DNA of 64,000 bases from a virus. Positions 19,857-28,104 of this stretch are shown here, one piece after another. Each line of letters begins with the position of its first letter. The first letter of the stretch is position 1. The translations under genes were made by a program, and so were the position numbers. The stretch spans positions 114,859-178,858 of IMG/VR virus record IMGVR_UViG_3300050821_018577; one strand, written 5' to 3'. The notes under the pieces were generated by a model. It was given only the letters and a program-made list of their open reading frames with translations. It was not told where the DNA came from and searched no databases.

Positions 19857-20000
19857 TGACCGTTACTGCAAGCGGATACATGCGTGGCGCAAGCCACATC
19901 AAGGTTCGACTCCTTGGTCCCGCTCCATCTATGCGGGACTGGCCGAATGGTAGAGGCACATGCTCCCGAAAGGGAACATTCCGCAGGCGACATACGGTCA
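19857..20000 (+). ncRNA. Y-RNA-like unit B (YrlA-type, class II tRNA mimic)
   Basis: TGACCGT/ACGGTCA stem; variable-arm hairpin, T arm, closed acceptor GTCCCGC/GCGGGAC, D arm. Confidence 0.8.
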
Positions 20001-20007
20001 TTGATTT

Positions 20008-20121
20008 TGGCTGTTACTGAACTGAGGCTACATGACTGTGGGCGAATAGCCCACCCCCCTCCACCAACGATGGGGGGGCCGTGCAAGCGGGACTATTGAA
20101 ACCTCAATCGACATACAGCCA
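20008..20121 (+). ncRNA. Y-RNA-like unit C (hairpin payload)
   Basis: TGGCTGT/ACAGCCA stem, same motifs, C-run/G-run hairpin. Confidence 0.75.
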
Positions 20122-20130
20122 TTCTTTCTT

Positions 20131-20271
20131 GGACGGTTACTGAACGAAGCCTACATGACATCCCGGGGCGGATAGCCTCGGCCCCCGCCAACTATCGGGG
20201 GCCTCGGAAAGCCGGCGCTAAACACGCCGGTCGGATGAGGATCTATTGCAAGCTTGGTCGACATACCGTCC
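20131..20271 (+). ncRNA. Y-RNA-like unit D (hairpin payload, paralog of C)
   Basis: GGACGGT/ACCGTCC stem, same motifs. Confidence 0.75.
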
Positions 20272-20279
20272 TCGGTTGT

Positions 20280-20425
20280 GGCGGTTACTGTTTCGGGCTA
20301 CATGTCAATACAACGTTGAAGTCGTGAGTTCGAATCTCACATTCGCCGCCAAGAAGTTTTGGCGAATTAGCTCAGTTGGTAGAGCGCAACGCAAGACAGC
20401 AGTACATCCCGAACGACATACCGCC
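20280..20425 (+). ncRNA. Y-RNA-like unit E (YrlA-type permuted tRNA)
   Basis: GGCGGT/ACCGCC stem; T arm GTGAG-TTCGAAT-CTCAC, acceptor ATTCGCC/GGCGAAT, D arm. Confidence 0.85.
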
Positions 20426-20433
20426 CTTAGAGA

Positions 20434-20572
20434 TTGGCGCTTACTGTGTTCGCTTACATGTCCATTGGAGACCGAGGTCGTTGGTTCGAATCCAACCGCC
20501 ACCTTCGGGTGGCGTAGCTCAGCGGTAGAGCGCGTAGGCCGAAAGGCCACTAGCGGATCGACATAGCGCCAA
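20434..20572 (+). ncRNA. Y-RNA-like unit F (YrlA-type permuted tRNA)
   Basis: TTGGCGCT/AGCGCCAA stem; T arm, acceptor CGCCACC-TTCG-GGTGGCG, D arm. Confidence 0.85.
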
Positions 20573-20578
20573 CTAATC

Positions 20579-20651
20579 TTGGCCTTTACTGTGTTGGGCT
20601 TACATGACTGTTAATCATTCCCGAAAGGGAGCCCAGCCGATATAAGGCCGA
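20579..20651 (+). ncRNA. Y-RNA-like unit G (minimal, 73 nt)
   Basis: GGCCTT/AAGGCC and GTTGGGCT/AGCCCAGC stems, TACTG, TACATG, CGATAT. Confidence 0.7.
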
Positions 20652-20744
20652 CTGAATTTACGACGCGCATAGCGCAACCCGTAAATCGCAGTACGGCGCC
20701 GGGCCCAGTTAGGCCCGGCGTCTTGTTTCAAAGGGAGAAAAACG

Positions 20745-20981
20745 ATGGGTGGCAACAAAACCGATGTGGATGTGACGAAAGTATCTCCTCCAATTGCAAC
20801 ATTGTCCGACAAATACGCACAAGCACAGCTTGCGCTGCGGGATCTCCTGAACTTTTTCGACCATCCGGATATCGGCCAATGGACACCGACCGACATTTCG
20901 CGGCTGAAAGAGATTCGAGAAATCGCCGGCCAAACTGAGCAGGCTCCTGCGGTCGAAGCGACTCCAGTTTCAGGCGAATAA
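20745..20981 (+). CDS. hypothetical protein
   Basis: RBS AAGGGAG, ATG 20745. Confidence 0.6.
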   Translation: MGGNKTDVDVTKVSPPIATLSDKYAQAQLALRDLLNFFDHPDIGQWTPTDISRLKEIREIAGQTEQAPAVEATPVSGE

Positions 20982-20988
20982 TTTCTGT

Positions 20989-21064
20989 GGTAGGAGAAGC
21001 CAAACGGCGCGGCTCGTGACTGTGAATCACGGTTTAGCGGGTTCGACTCCCGTTTCCTACCCCA
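20989..21064 (+). tRNA. tRNA-His(GTG) with encoded G-1:C73
   Basis: Cloverleaf, loop CTGTGAA, CCA. Confidence 0.9.
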
Positions 21065-21071
21065 ATTTTCT

Positions 21072-21146
21072 GGCGTCATCGTCTAGTGGCTAGGACGTTG
21101 GCTTCTCATGCCGAAAACGCGGGTTCGACTCCCGTTGGCGCCTCCA
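21072..21146 (+). tRNA. tRNA-Glu(CTC)
   Basis: Cloverleaf, loop TTCTCAT, CCA. Confidence 0.9.
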
Positions 21147-21158
21147 AAGGTAAAGCAA

Positions 21159-21740
21159 ATGCCGAAGTCTGACGACAGATTTTATCTGATGGAGATGTCG
21201 AATCGCCCTGCGATGTGGGGCGACATCGGCTCGCTTTTGAAGCTCGAAGGCGTAGTCATCGGCGGTGGCGGCGCGCGAGAGATTTTGCTTTTACCGTGCA
21301 GCGAGCCAATGAAGGCAGAGACGTTGGACTATTCCGTTCACGAATTGTCCATCGAGGAGTGGTCAGATTGGTTGCAGCGCAGCGACAATCCAGAAGTTCT
21401 TGTCGGCCCAAGTTTGACCGGTCCGCAAGGCGCAACGCTGCCGAAGATTTGGCATCGCAAACTGCGTTACGAGATTTCCGGCGCGGTCCAGCAAAAGGTT
21501 TGGGCTGCGGACCATTTCCGATGCTGCTATTGCGGAGTGGAGATGGGAAAAGCCTTGATGACCATCGACCATTTTGTTCCATTGGAACAAGGCGGCAAAA
21601 ACGATGTGACAAATTATCTGTCGAGTTGCAAGCCGTGCAACAAAGCAAAAGGTTCACTGGCTCCAGATGTTTTTCTGGCGGGTCGGCCGAATCTGTTCGA
21701 GACATTGAAAAACTATTTGGCGAATCGAAAAATTTCCTAG
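21159..21740 (+). CDS. HNH endonuclease
   Basis: CCYCG..TIDHFVPLEQGG..N..SCKPCNKAKG. Confidence 0.85.
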   Translation: MPKSDDRFYLMEMSNRPAMWGDIGSLLKLEGVVIGGGGAREILLLPCSEPMKAETLDYSVHELSIEEWSDWLQRSDNPEVLVGPSLTGPQGATLPKIWHRKLRYEISGAVQQKVWAADHFRCCYCGVEMGKALMTIDHFVPLEQGGKNDVTNYLSSCKPCNKAKGSLAPDVFLAGRPNLFETLKNYLANRKIS

Positions 21741-21750
21741 GAGAAGAAAC

Positions 21751-22068
21751 ATGCCGGATAAAATCACAGTATCGGAAGCGTTGACGTGGCAAAAGACGTT
21801 GAAGGAACGCCATGCGGAACTGGTGAACCTGCGCAATTCCAACGCGTACCGCGAGCGGACCTTTTACGGCAAGGATAGCGACAAAGAGCGCGTGACCGAG
21901 CCGCTGTATGACCCGAAGGCCCTGGATCGGACGGTCTCGACCCTGGCGCGCGAGATGCGTTTGCTTGATGAGGCCATCAAGCGCAGTAACGCCTCGACCG
22001 AACTTGCCGGGTACCTGCGTGATGACGCGGTGCTCGGGGAACTCGAAGCTCCGGCTACGAAGTCGTAG
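21751..22068 (+). CDS. coiled-coil protein, DIP1984-like
   Basis: EALTWQKTL..PLYDPKALDR..LDEAIKRSNA (recalled family). Confidence 0.55.
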   Translation: MPDKITVSEALTWQKTLKERHAELVNLRNSNAYRERTFYGKDSDKERVTEPLYDPKALDRTVSTLAREMRLLDEAIKRSNASTELAGYLRDDAVLGELEAPATKS

Positions 22069-22080
22069 CCGATTCCGTGC

Positions 22081-22290
22081 TGGCGTAATGCGATATGTGG
22101 GTAGTCTAGCGGACCGGAGACGCGATAAACATTCCGGCGCTGTGGCGACGATTCGCTGCTCAGTACAACTCGCTCTGAAAAGAGCTAAACGGTTCATACC
22201 GACACTTGTTGATTCTGAGTAGTTGGTTGTTCGTTGTCACCGTAATTTTTAATTGATTGACTCTACCGACTATCGGGTTGCATTACGCTG
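22081..22290 (+). ncRNA. unassigned structured RNA (~210 nt)
   Basis: 13-bp closing stem plus nested 7-, 10- and 8-bp helices and a GAAA tetraloop hairpin. Confidence 0.65.
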
Positions 22291-22314
22291 GCGCCAAAAA
22301 GAAAGCGGTGAGAA

Positions 22315-23556
22315 ATGAAAGCATTCCATTGGGCCTTTGTGGTTTTGCTGTTTGCGATGCCGGTGCGAGCGCAGGACTGCGGCAGCATTGTCGTGGACCA
22401 GGCTGGTGTGTTCAAGCCGACAGAATTTGCAGCAGTCGTCGATGCCAGTAACAATCTCATTGACAATGGCGCGGATGTCCGCGTGCGGACAGTTGGCCCC
22501 ACGTCGAATCTCGATATCGACGAGAAAAATTTAGAGCGCGTTTGCCAATCGTGGCAGTCTCCGAACGGAGGCCGAAAGAGCACGCTCATTGTGCTGATGG
22601 TGTCGCCGCAAAGCCACAAGGCTGGCATCTATATCGGTGAATCGTGGAAGCCGGCGCTGGCTGCTCATTGGAATCGAATCAAGACCGACTACATGAACCC
22701 GCATTTCAAGACTGGTGACTTTGCGGGCGGCTTCATTGCGACGGAACAGCAACTTGCGGCTAGGATCACGGCCTCACGAGATGAAGCGATTCATCCGGCG
22801 GTCACGACCACTACGACCGTGAATCAAGCGGAGGACCTGTCTGGACTCTGGAGGGTATTCGGGTGGCTCATTGTTCTCGGCGCTATCGGTGTTGCTATTT
22901 GGATGGCCGTTAGCTTTTTGAAGCAGAGACGCAAAAGCGACCAGGAACTAAGAGAAGCACAACGTCGTGCGATTGACACCAAGGCCCGGGCAGCGGAGTT
23001 GCTTAAAACAAAGGCCAGCGACTATCCGAAGCTGGATGAAGCGTCCCAGGAATTTGCGCGACTGAATACTTCTATCCGTAATGACCCGTACGCGGATGAT
23101 TTAGCGGTCGAGGAGTATAACGTCATCGCATCGCAGTACCAGAACGTGGTGGACATGCTGAGTGGACAATCAGAAAAACCGTATGTTCCACCGCCTGGCA
23201 TGGGAGCTGATTTTGTACGGCAGAAGGCTACCAAGACTACCAAGAAGCATCGGCCAGCCTCCAGCGATACAGCGGCTTCACAAACCGCAGCGCCCTCAAC
23301 GGCTGGCGGCTTCCCGGTACCCATTATTATAGAAGAGCCGACAATCATCGAAGAACCGCGAAGGCGTGAACCGGACCCGGAGCCACAGCCAGAACGAAGC
23401 TCGCGGCGCAGTTCAGATGACGACGGCGGAAGCGGCGGCGGGTCGAGCAGTTGGGCCGATACATCCAGTTCGAGCGATTCCGGCTCCAGTGACAGCGGTG
23501 GCTCATCGGATTTCGGCAGCAGTGATAGCGGCGGTGGAGGCTCTTCGGATTATTGA
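22315..23556 (+). CDS. TPM-domain membrane protein with Gly/Ser-rich tail
   Basis: Signal peptide, VVDQAGVF..F.TGDFAGG, one TM helix, GGGGSSDY end. Confidence 0.8.
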   Translation: MKAFHWAFVVLLFAMPVRAQDCGSIVVDQAGVFKPTEFAAVVDASNNLIDNGADVRVRTVGPTSNLDIDEKNLERVCQSWQSPNGGRKSTLIVLMVSPQSHKAGIYIGESWKPALAAHWNRIKTDYMNPHFKTGDFAGGFIATEQQLAARITASRDEAIHPAVTTTTTVNQAEDLSGLWRVFGWLIVLGAIGVAIWMAVSFLKQRRKSDQELREAQRRAIDTKARAAELLKTKASDYPKLDEASQEFARLNTSIRNDPYADDLAVEEYNVIASQYQNVVDMLSGQSEKPYVPPPGMGADFVRQKATKTTKKHRPASSDTAASQTAAPSTAGGFPVPIIIEEPTIIEEPRRREPDPEPQPERSSRRSSDDDGGSGGGSSSWADTSSSSDSGSSDSGGSSDFGSSDSGGGGSSDY

Positions 23557-23564
23557 GGCAGTAA

Positions 23565-23996
23565 ATGGAACGCAGAATTCAACTACAGAATGCCGACAAG
23601 AGAACGGTGAGCACGGATGCCCTAGAAACCTTGGGGACCATCATCGACGAAACTGCCGGACGCGACGCCATTCATTTGGCGGTTGAGCCCGTTGTGGCCG
23701 CGCATATGCTGCGGCCCGGCGACGATGTTGGTTTCGTTGAGGGTGGAGTTGGCTACTGCGAAAATCCCGTAGGCATCGTTGACCCATTTCTAAAAGAGCG
23801 ATGGGTTCAGAAAGGCCAGAGATTCTGGCTGGTAGTGTATCCGCGTCAGATTACGTCGCTGCGCCATGTCTGGACGCATCCAGCGTTTGAGGAACACAAG
23901 AACGCACCTACGCAGTCAAAAGCAGAATCAGAAGCATGGCTGCGGCATAACAGGTCGTGGCATCGATTGACCGGCTCGCCTTTCCCAAAAGCCTAG
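23565..23996 (+). CDS. conserved phage protein, N-terminal part (possibly split gene)
   Basis: RDAIHLAVEPV..VGIVDPFL..ITSLRHVWTHPAF. Confidence 0.65.
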   Translation: MERRIQLQNADKRTVSTDALETLGTIIDETAGRDAIHLAVEPVVAAHMLRPGDDVGFVEGGVGYCENPVGIVDPFLKERWVQKGQRFWLVVYPRQITSLRHVWTHPAFEEHKNAPTQSKAESEAWLRHNRSWHRLTGSPFPKA

Positions 23997-24071
23997 GACG
24001 TGGGCTGGCGTGCGCCAATGCGACCACTCTTTCAGAGCTAGGACGATGCAGTTTCAGTTTCATGCACCAAG

Positions 24072-24386
24072 ATGCAGGATGCCAAACCGCAGTTCACTTT
24101 CAATTTCGAGAAAGGAGACACGCATGAGGCGACCACCAGGTCCACGAGTCGGGCGGCCGTCCGACCTGCCGCCAGCGTTCGTACTCGGCCTTCGCCACAA
24201 ACACGGCACAAAAATGCGGTATCTTATGGCGCTCCTGAGTGGAGCCTTGAAGAAGGCTATCTGAACTTTGTAGGCAGAGACGCCCATGGCGAAATTCCGC
24301 CTGAATTTTGGGACCATGTAGAAGTTGTAACTGAAAAAAAGATTCCAACGAACAAACGGGCCAGTTATTTTTCATGTGGTTGCTAA
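24072..24386 (+). CDS. probable C-terminal part of the same family, same frame as 23565
   Basis: GRDAHGEIPPEFWDHVEVV..YFSCGC. Confidence 0.45.
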   Translation: MQDAKPQFTFNFEKGDTHEATTRSTSRAAVRPAASVRTRPSPQTRHKNAVSYGAPEWSLEEGYLNFVGRDAHGEIPPEFWDHVEVVTEKKIPTNKRASYFSCGC

Positions 24387-24403
24387 AAAAAGGAGAATCG
24401 AAA

Positions 24404-25081
24404 ATGTCTTTCTTGGCAAAACTTAGAGTAGTCACTCTGGCAAACGTCCACGATTTGTTGGACAAGGCCATTGACTTAAACTCGCCCTCGGTCATCCGGC
24501 AGTACACCCGGGACCTTGAAGATGCCCTGGACCGCATGAAAAACGAAGCGGCGGTCCAGGCCGGCACAGTGCGCACGTTGCAGCGCGAGAAAATAGAACT
24601 CGACGGGCGGATCAAGACCACCGAAGTCACCATCCAGCATCTTGTGGAAGGTGGCCATTCCGACCTGGCGCGACCGAAAGCGGCCGACCTTGTGCGTATG
24701 CGCGCCCACTTTGCGGAAGCGGACGGCAATATCGCCACGGCTCAGAAGTCCTCGCATGATATCGACGTGGCGGTCGCCAACCTCGAGGCCAAACATGCTG
24801 AGATGGTGGACCATGTGCGCCAGCTCGAAAGTCTCGACCGGGACACCAAGGCCAAAGAGGATTCCAAGCGAGCTCTGGCCGCAGCTGGCCGGCTCGTTCA
24901 AGGCGGAGCGGACGTCTCGGTCGACGATGTGGAGTCCAGAATGAAGCGCAGGAACGATATTGCCACCGAAGGATTCAATCGCGCCCTCGGCGATGCTGCT
25001 GTGCAGGAGAATCCGGAAACCAGCGCGGCGGTCGATGATGTGTTGGCAGAATTCACCAAGAAGAAGGATGCCTTCGCATGA
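24404..25081 (+). CDS. pspA: PspA/IM30 family protein
   Basis: [21 protein letters not shown]; long coiled coil, 225 aa. Confidence 0.75.
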   Translation: MSFLAKLRVVTLANVHDLLDKAIDLNSPSVIRQYTRDLEDALDRMKNEAAVQAGTVRTLQREKIELDGRIKTTEVTIQHLVEGGHSDLARPKAADLVRMRAHFAEADGNIATAQKSSHDIDVAVANLEAKHAEMVDHVRQLESLDRDTKAKEDSKRALAAAGRLVQGGADVSVDDVESRMKRRNDIATEGFNRALGDAAVQENPETSAAVDDVLAEFTKKKDAFA

Positions 25082-25335
25082 AAAAAATCGCCAAGGAATT
25101 GAACATCGACAAACGCGTCAAGGAAATCATCGTCGAGCACCTCGGCGTTGGCGTTAACGAAGTTACCGACAATGCATCCCTCGTGGACGACCTTGGCGCC
25201 GATTCTCTCGACCAAGTAGAACTCGTGATGGCGATCGAGGAGGAATATGACATCGCCATACCCGATGAGGAAGCAGAGGAAATCAAAACCGTTCAACAGG
25301 CGGTGTCCTGTGTGAGCAAGAAAGTTGGCAAATAG
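25078..25335 (+). CDS. acpP: acyl carrier protein
   Basis: [30 protein letters not shown] with phosphopantetheine Ser. Confidence 0.92.
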   Translation: MKKIAKELNIDKRVKEIIVEHLGVGVNEVTDNASLVDDLGADSLDQVELVMAIEEEYDIAIPDEEAEEIKTVQQAVSCVSKKVGK

Positions 25336-25337
25336 TC

Positions 25338-26951
25338 ATGAAGAACGAAAGTGGGCTAAGTAAGAATCAAATTATTGCTGAGCTAACGAAGAGTCCGCAC
25401 GGCGCGTTGCACGAATACATTCCGACCGCCAAAGCGGCCGCGGAACAGCATGGCGAATTTTTCGCACACCTGATTTCCTGGAACCGCGTCAAGGGCCAGG
25501 TTGACGACGCAAAACTGGCGTTGCCGGCTGTGTCCTTGTTCGCATCCGGATATCCCGAGGAGTTTGTAGAAAACTCGCTGGCCCATCTGACCATGCTCAA
25601 TCCGCGCGACATGCTCAAGGTCCTGCGTTTTGTTCTCGACCTTCGCGCTGGCAAGGCAGCGGTTATCGAGAAAACGACAACGGTTCGCGGCGGCAAAAAA
25701 CAGCTACAGAAGAAATTGACCTACGTGGCTGTGCCGGCCATGCGTCTGCGCAGTTTGACGCGATTCTCGGACGTGCTTGCCATTTCCTTGCTCGAACGCG
25801 AGAAGAACTGGCCGCGCTGGGAACGCACTATGCTCCAGCACCGCAGAGTGCTCCAGGAGTTGTTTGGCATCCTGCACGTCAAGCCGAATAACCAGAAAAC
25901 CAAGGCATGCTTGTACCGTTCGGACAAAGTCGACGGCAAGCGGATCGATTTGCCGTATCCCCAGGGCGGTCTGTTTGAGGCCGTCAGCCATCTCAAAGAC
26001 ATGAGCGCCGCAGAAGCGGCCGGAACCATTATGACACGCAAGATTCCGTTCCTGGTTGCGCTCGGAGCACTCGGCCCGAAGTCCAAGGAACCGGATCTCG
26101 TGTTGGCGCTCATCAAATCGATGACGGCAACCGAGCTCGTCACCAACACCAAGATGCTCGAGGATTTGGGCATCAAGACCAATCCGGCATTGCGCGGCGC
26201 TTTCCAGGAAGCTCTCGAAAAGGCCGGCAAGAGCAAAGCGAATTTGCTCAAGACCACAACGGCCGCAGAAGCCATGGACGATGAAGATTTGAAAGCGCGT
26301 CTACAAGGTCTGCAAGAGAAGCAGATTCAGGCGCACGGCGGAATCGATGGCAATTGGCTTGTGCTCGGCGACAAATCGCCAAGCATGGCTCACTCCGTTG
26401 AATTCGCCAAAGAAGTTGCCGGCACACTGACCAAGATGGTGAAAGGTCGCGTATGGCTGGTGTTCTTCGACAGCCTTCCAATGACTGTCGATGTCACCGG
26501 CCTGACCTTGGACCAAATCAAGAAGGCCACGAAGCACATCGGAGCCGGAGGTTCAGGCACATCGATCGGAGCCGGCTTGCAGCGTATGCTTGATGAAAAA
26601 GCGGAAGTCGACGGCATTGCAGTTGTGAGCGACGGTGGGGAAAACGGCACTCCGTACTTCGCTCAAACGTATCAAAAATATTGCAAGCTATTCGACAAGG
26701 AGCCAACGGTGTATTTTTATCAGTGCTCCGGCGACCACGATGTGTTCAGCAATTCGATGAAGTCTGCCAATTTGGACATGCAGACTTTCGACCTGCGCAA
26801 TGCGTCACCGGCTGACCGCTACAGCTTGCCGAATTTGGTCAGCACTATGCGTTGCAATCGGTACAGCATGGCCGACGAAATTATGGCCACAAAACTTTTG
26901 CAGTTGTCCGATGCTTACAAGCACGGCACTGTGAAAACAGCCAGCGCATAA
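25338..26951 (+). CDS. Ro60/Rsr-like TROVE-vWA RNA-binding protein
   Basis: 537 aa; helical N-term (TATELVTNTKML), C-term vWA LVLGDKSPSM, GTSIG, VVSDGGEN. Confidence 0.75.
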   Translation: MKNESGLSKNQIIAELTKSPHGALHEYIPTAKAAAEQHGEFFAHLISWNRVKGQVDDAKLALPAVSLFASGYPEEFVENSLAHLTMLNPRDMLKVLRFVLDLRAGKAAVIEKTTTVRGGKKQLQKKLTYVAVPAMRLRSLTRFSDVLAISLLEREKNWPRWERTMLQHRRVLQELFGILHVKPNNQKTKACLYRSDKVDGKRIDLPYPQGGLFEAVSHLKDMSAAEAAGTIMTRKIPFLVALGALGPKSKEPDLVLALIKSMTATELVTNTKMLEDLGIKTNPALRGAFQEALEKAGKSKANLLKTTTAAEAMDDEDLKARLQGLQEKQIQAHGGIDGNWLVLGDKSPSMAHSVEFAKEVAGTLTKMVKGRVWLVFFDSLPMTVDVTGLTLDQIKKATKHIGAGGSGTSIGAGLQRMLDEKAEVDGIAVVSDGGENGTPYFAQTYQKYCKLFDKEPTVYFYQCSGDHDVFSNSMKSANLDMQTFDLRNASPADRYSLPNLVSTMRCNRYSMADEIMATKLLQLSDAYKHGTVKTASA

Positions 26952-26992
26952 AAGCTGGCATGGAACTAAATCTAAGAAAGGAGAATAAGAGC

Positions 26993-27298
26993 ATGCTCAG
27001 TGTATTGAAGTCTTTTACCTCGAATGCACGGTTTGAAACGGAAGAGCTTGTTGAGCTCTCCGCCTTCGGCCGGCTGCTTGAGGCAGAATTCAAACAGCTG
27101 GGCGTTGAAACTCCCGAATGGCTTGGCAATCAATTGAAAGCCGTCACTCGGGAAATCAAGACGCGAAACGCTGATGCCATTGCGAACAAAATTCGCTCGG
27201 CAAAGGCTCGTCTTGCAGCGCTCGCAACACCCGATGAGCGTCGTGCCGCACTCAACGACGAAATCAAGAAACTCGAAGAACAATTCGCTCAGGCGTAA
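26993..27298 (+). CDS. hypothetical coiled-coil protein
   Basis: RBS AAGGAG; follows Ro-like gene. Confidence 0.6.
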   Translation: MLSVLKSFTSNARFETEELVELSAFGRLLEAEFKQLGVETPEWLGNQLKAVTREIKTRNADAIANKIRSAKARLAALATPDERRAALNDEIKKLEEQFAQA

Positions 27299-27429
27299 GC
27301 ACCGCCTGACGTGTCCATGTCCCTGTGGTCGCAAGTTTTGGCCACGCCTCCACAGGGACGGGACACCCATGCAAACGTATTTTTCCGACTCCTGCAAAAA
27401 TCGAATGGCCCAGGCCAGGTTTCGCAAGA

Positions 27430-27978
27430 ATGGCAAAAAGCGACAAGGTCTTAATCATAGGTCCCATGCTCTCCCCAGGCATCATCCTCATTAGCCCCAA
27501 ATATCCGCATAATGTGGCGGCCACTATCCGTGCGTGTTCCTGCTTCGGTATTCCCTCCTTGTTCTGGACCGGCTCCCGCGTGAACCCTAGCCAATATGAC
27601 CGGCTTCCGCGCGAAGAACGCATGAAGGGCTATCGGGATGTGACGTGGATCCACAGCGACAGGCCATTCGACCATTTTAAGAATATCTGGCCAGTCTGCG
27701 TTGAGATTCACGAAGGATCGGTCGCACTTCCTGATTTCGTTCATCCCAAAAATGCAGTGTACGTTTTCGGTCCGGAGGATGGCGGCGTTCCCCAGGTGAT
27801 GCGGCGCCTCTGTTTTTCCTTTGTGCACATTCCATCATTCCATTGTCTGAACTTGGCTGCCGCAGTCAATGTAGTGCTCTACGACCGGGCGATGAAGGAA
27901 CATCCGGCGGCGAGCATGAACGTCGCTAAGCACGAGGTCCGCGGAGAGATTCCAATGCCCGGATGGGATGGAAAGTGA
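27430..27978 (+). CDS. SpoU/TrmH-family (SPOUT) RNA methyltransferase
   Basis: PKYPHNVAATIRAC, YVFGPEDGG, IPSFHCLNLAAAV. Confidence 0.88.
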   Translation: MAKSDKVLIIGPMLSPGIILISPKYPHNVAATIRACSCFGIPSLFWTGSRVNPSQYDRLPREERMKGYRDVTWIHSDRPFDHFKNIWPVCVEIHEGSVALPDFVHPKNAVYVFGPEDGGVPQVMRRLCFSFVHIPSFHCLNLAAAVNVVLYDRAMKEHPAASMNVAKHEVRGEIPMPGWDGK

Positions 27979-28104
27979 AGTTTGTTTTAACATAAGCGTT
28001 ACTAGAATAAGTACAAAAGATTTATAGAATATGGTTTATTTTTCCGTTAGCCTTGCCGTAGTCGGCCGAGTCCGGAGAAGTTCCCGGAGCGAGAGCGGCT
28101 TGTT

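Noticed and set aside
19653-20651. CRISPR array
   Set aside because: Only short motifs recur, the stems vary, the intervening parts are structured tRNA-like modules, and no cas genes are present
21256-22197. 313-aa minus-strand ORF and similar long antisense ORFs (24100-24738, 60375-61208, 35637-36587)
   Set aside because: Shadows of well-supported genes on the opposite strand, with no motifs or RBS
23942-24030. Integron attC site (GGCATAAC) or group II intron start (GTGCG at 24010)
   Set aside because: No matching GTTRRRY arm and no domain V or RT; the insert is too short
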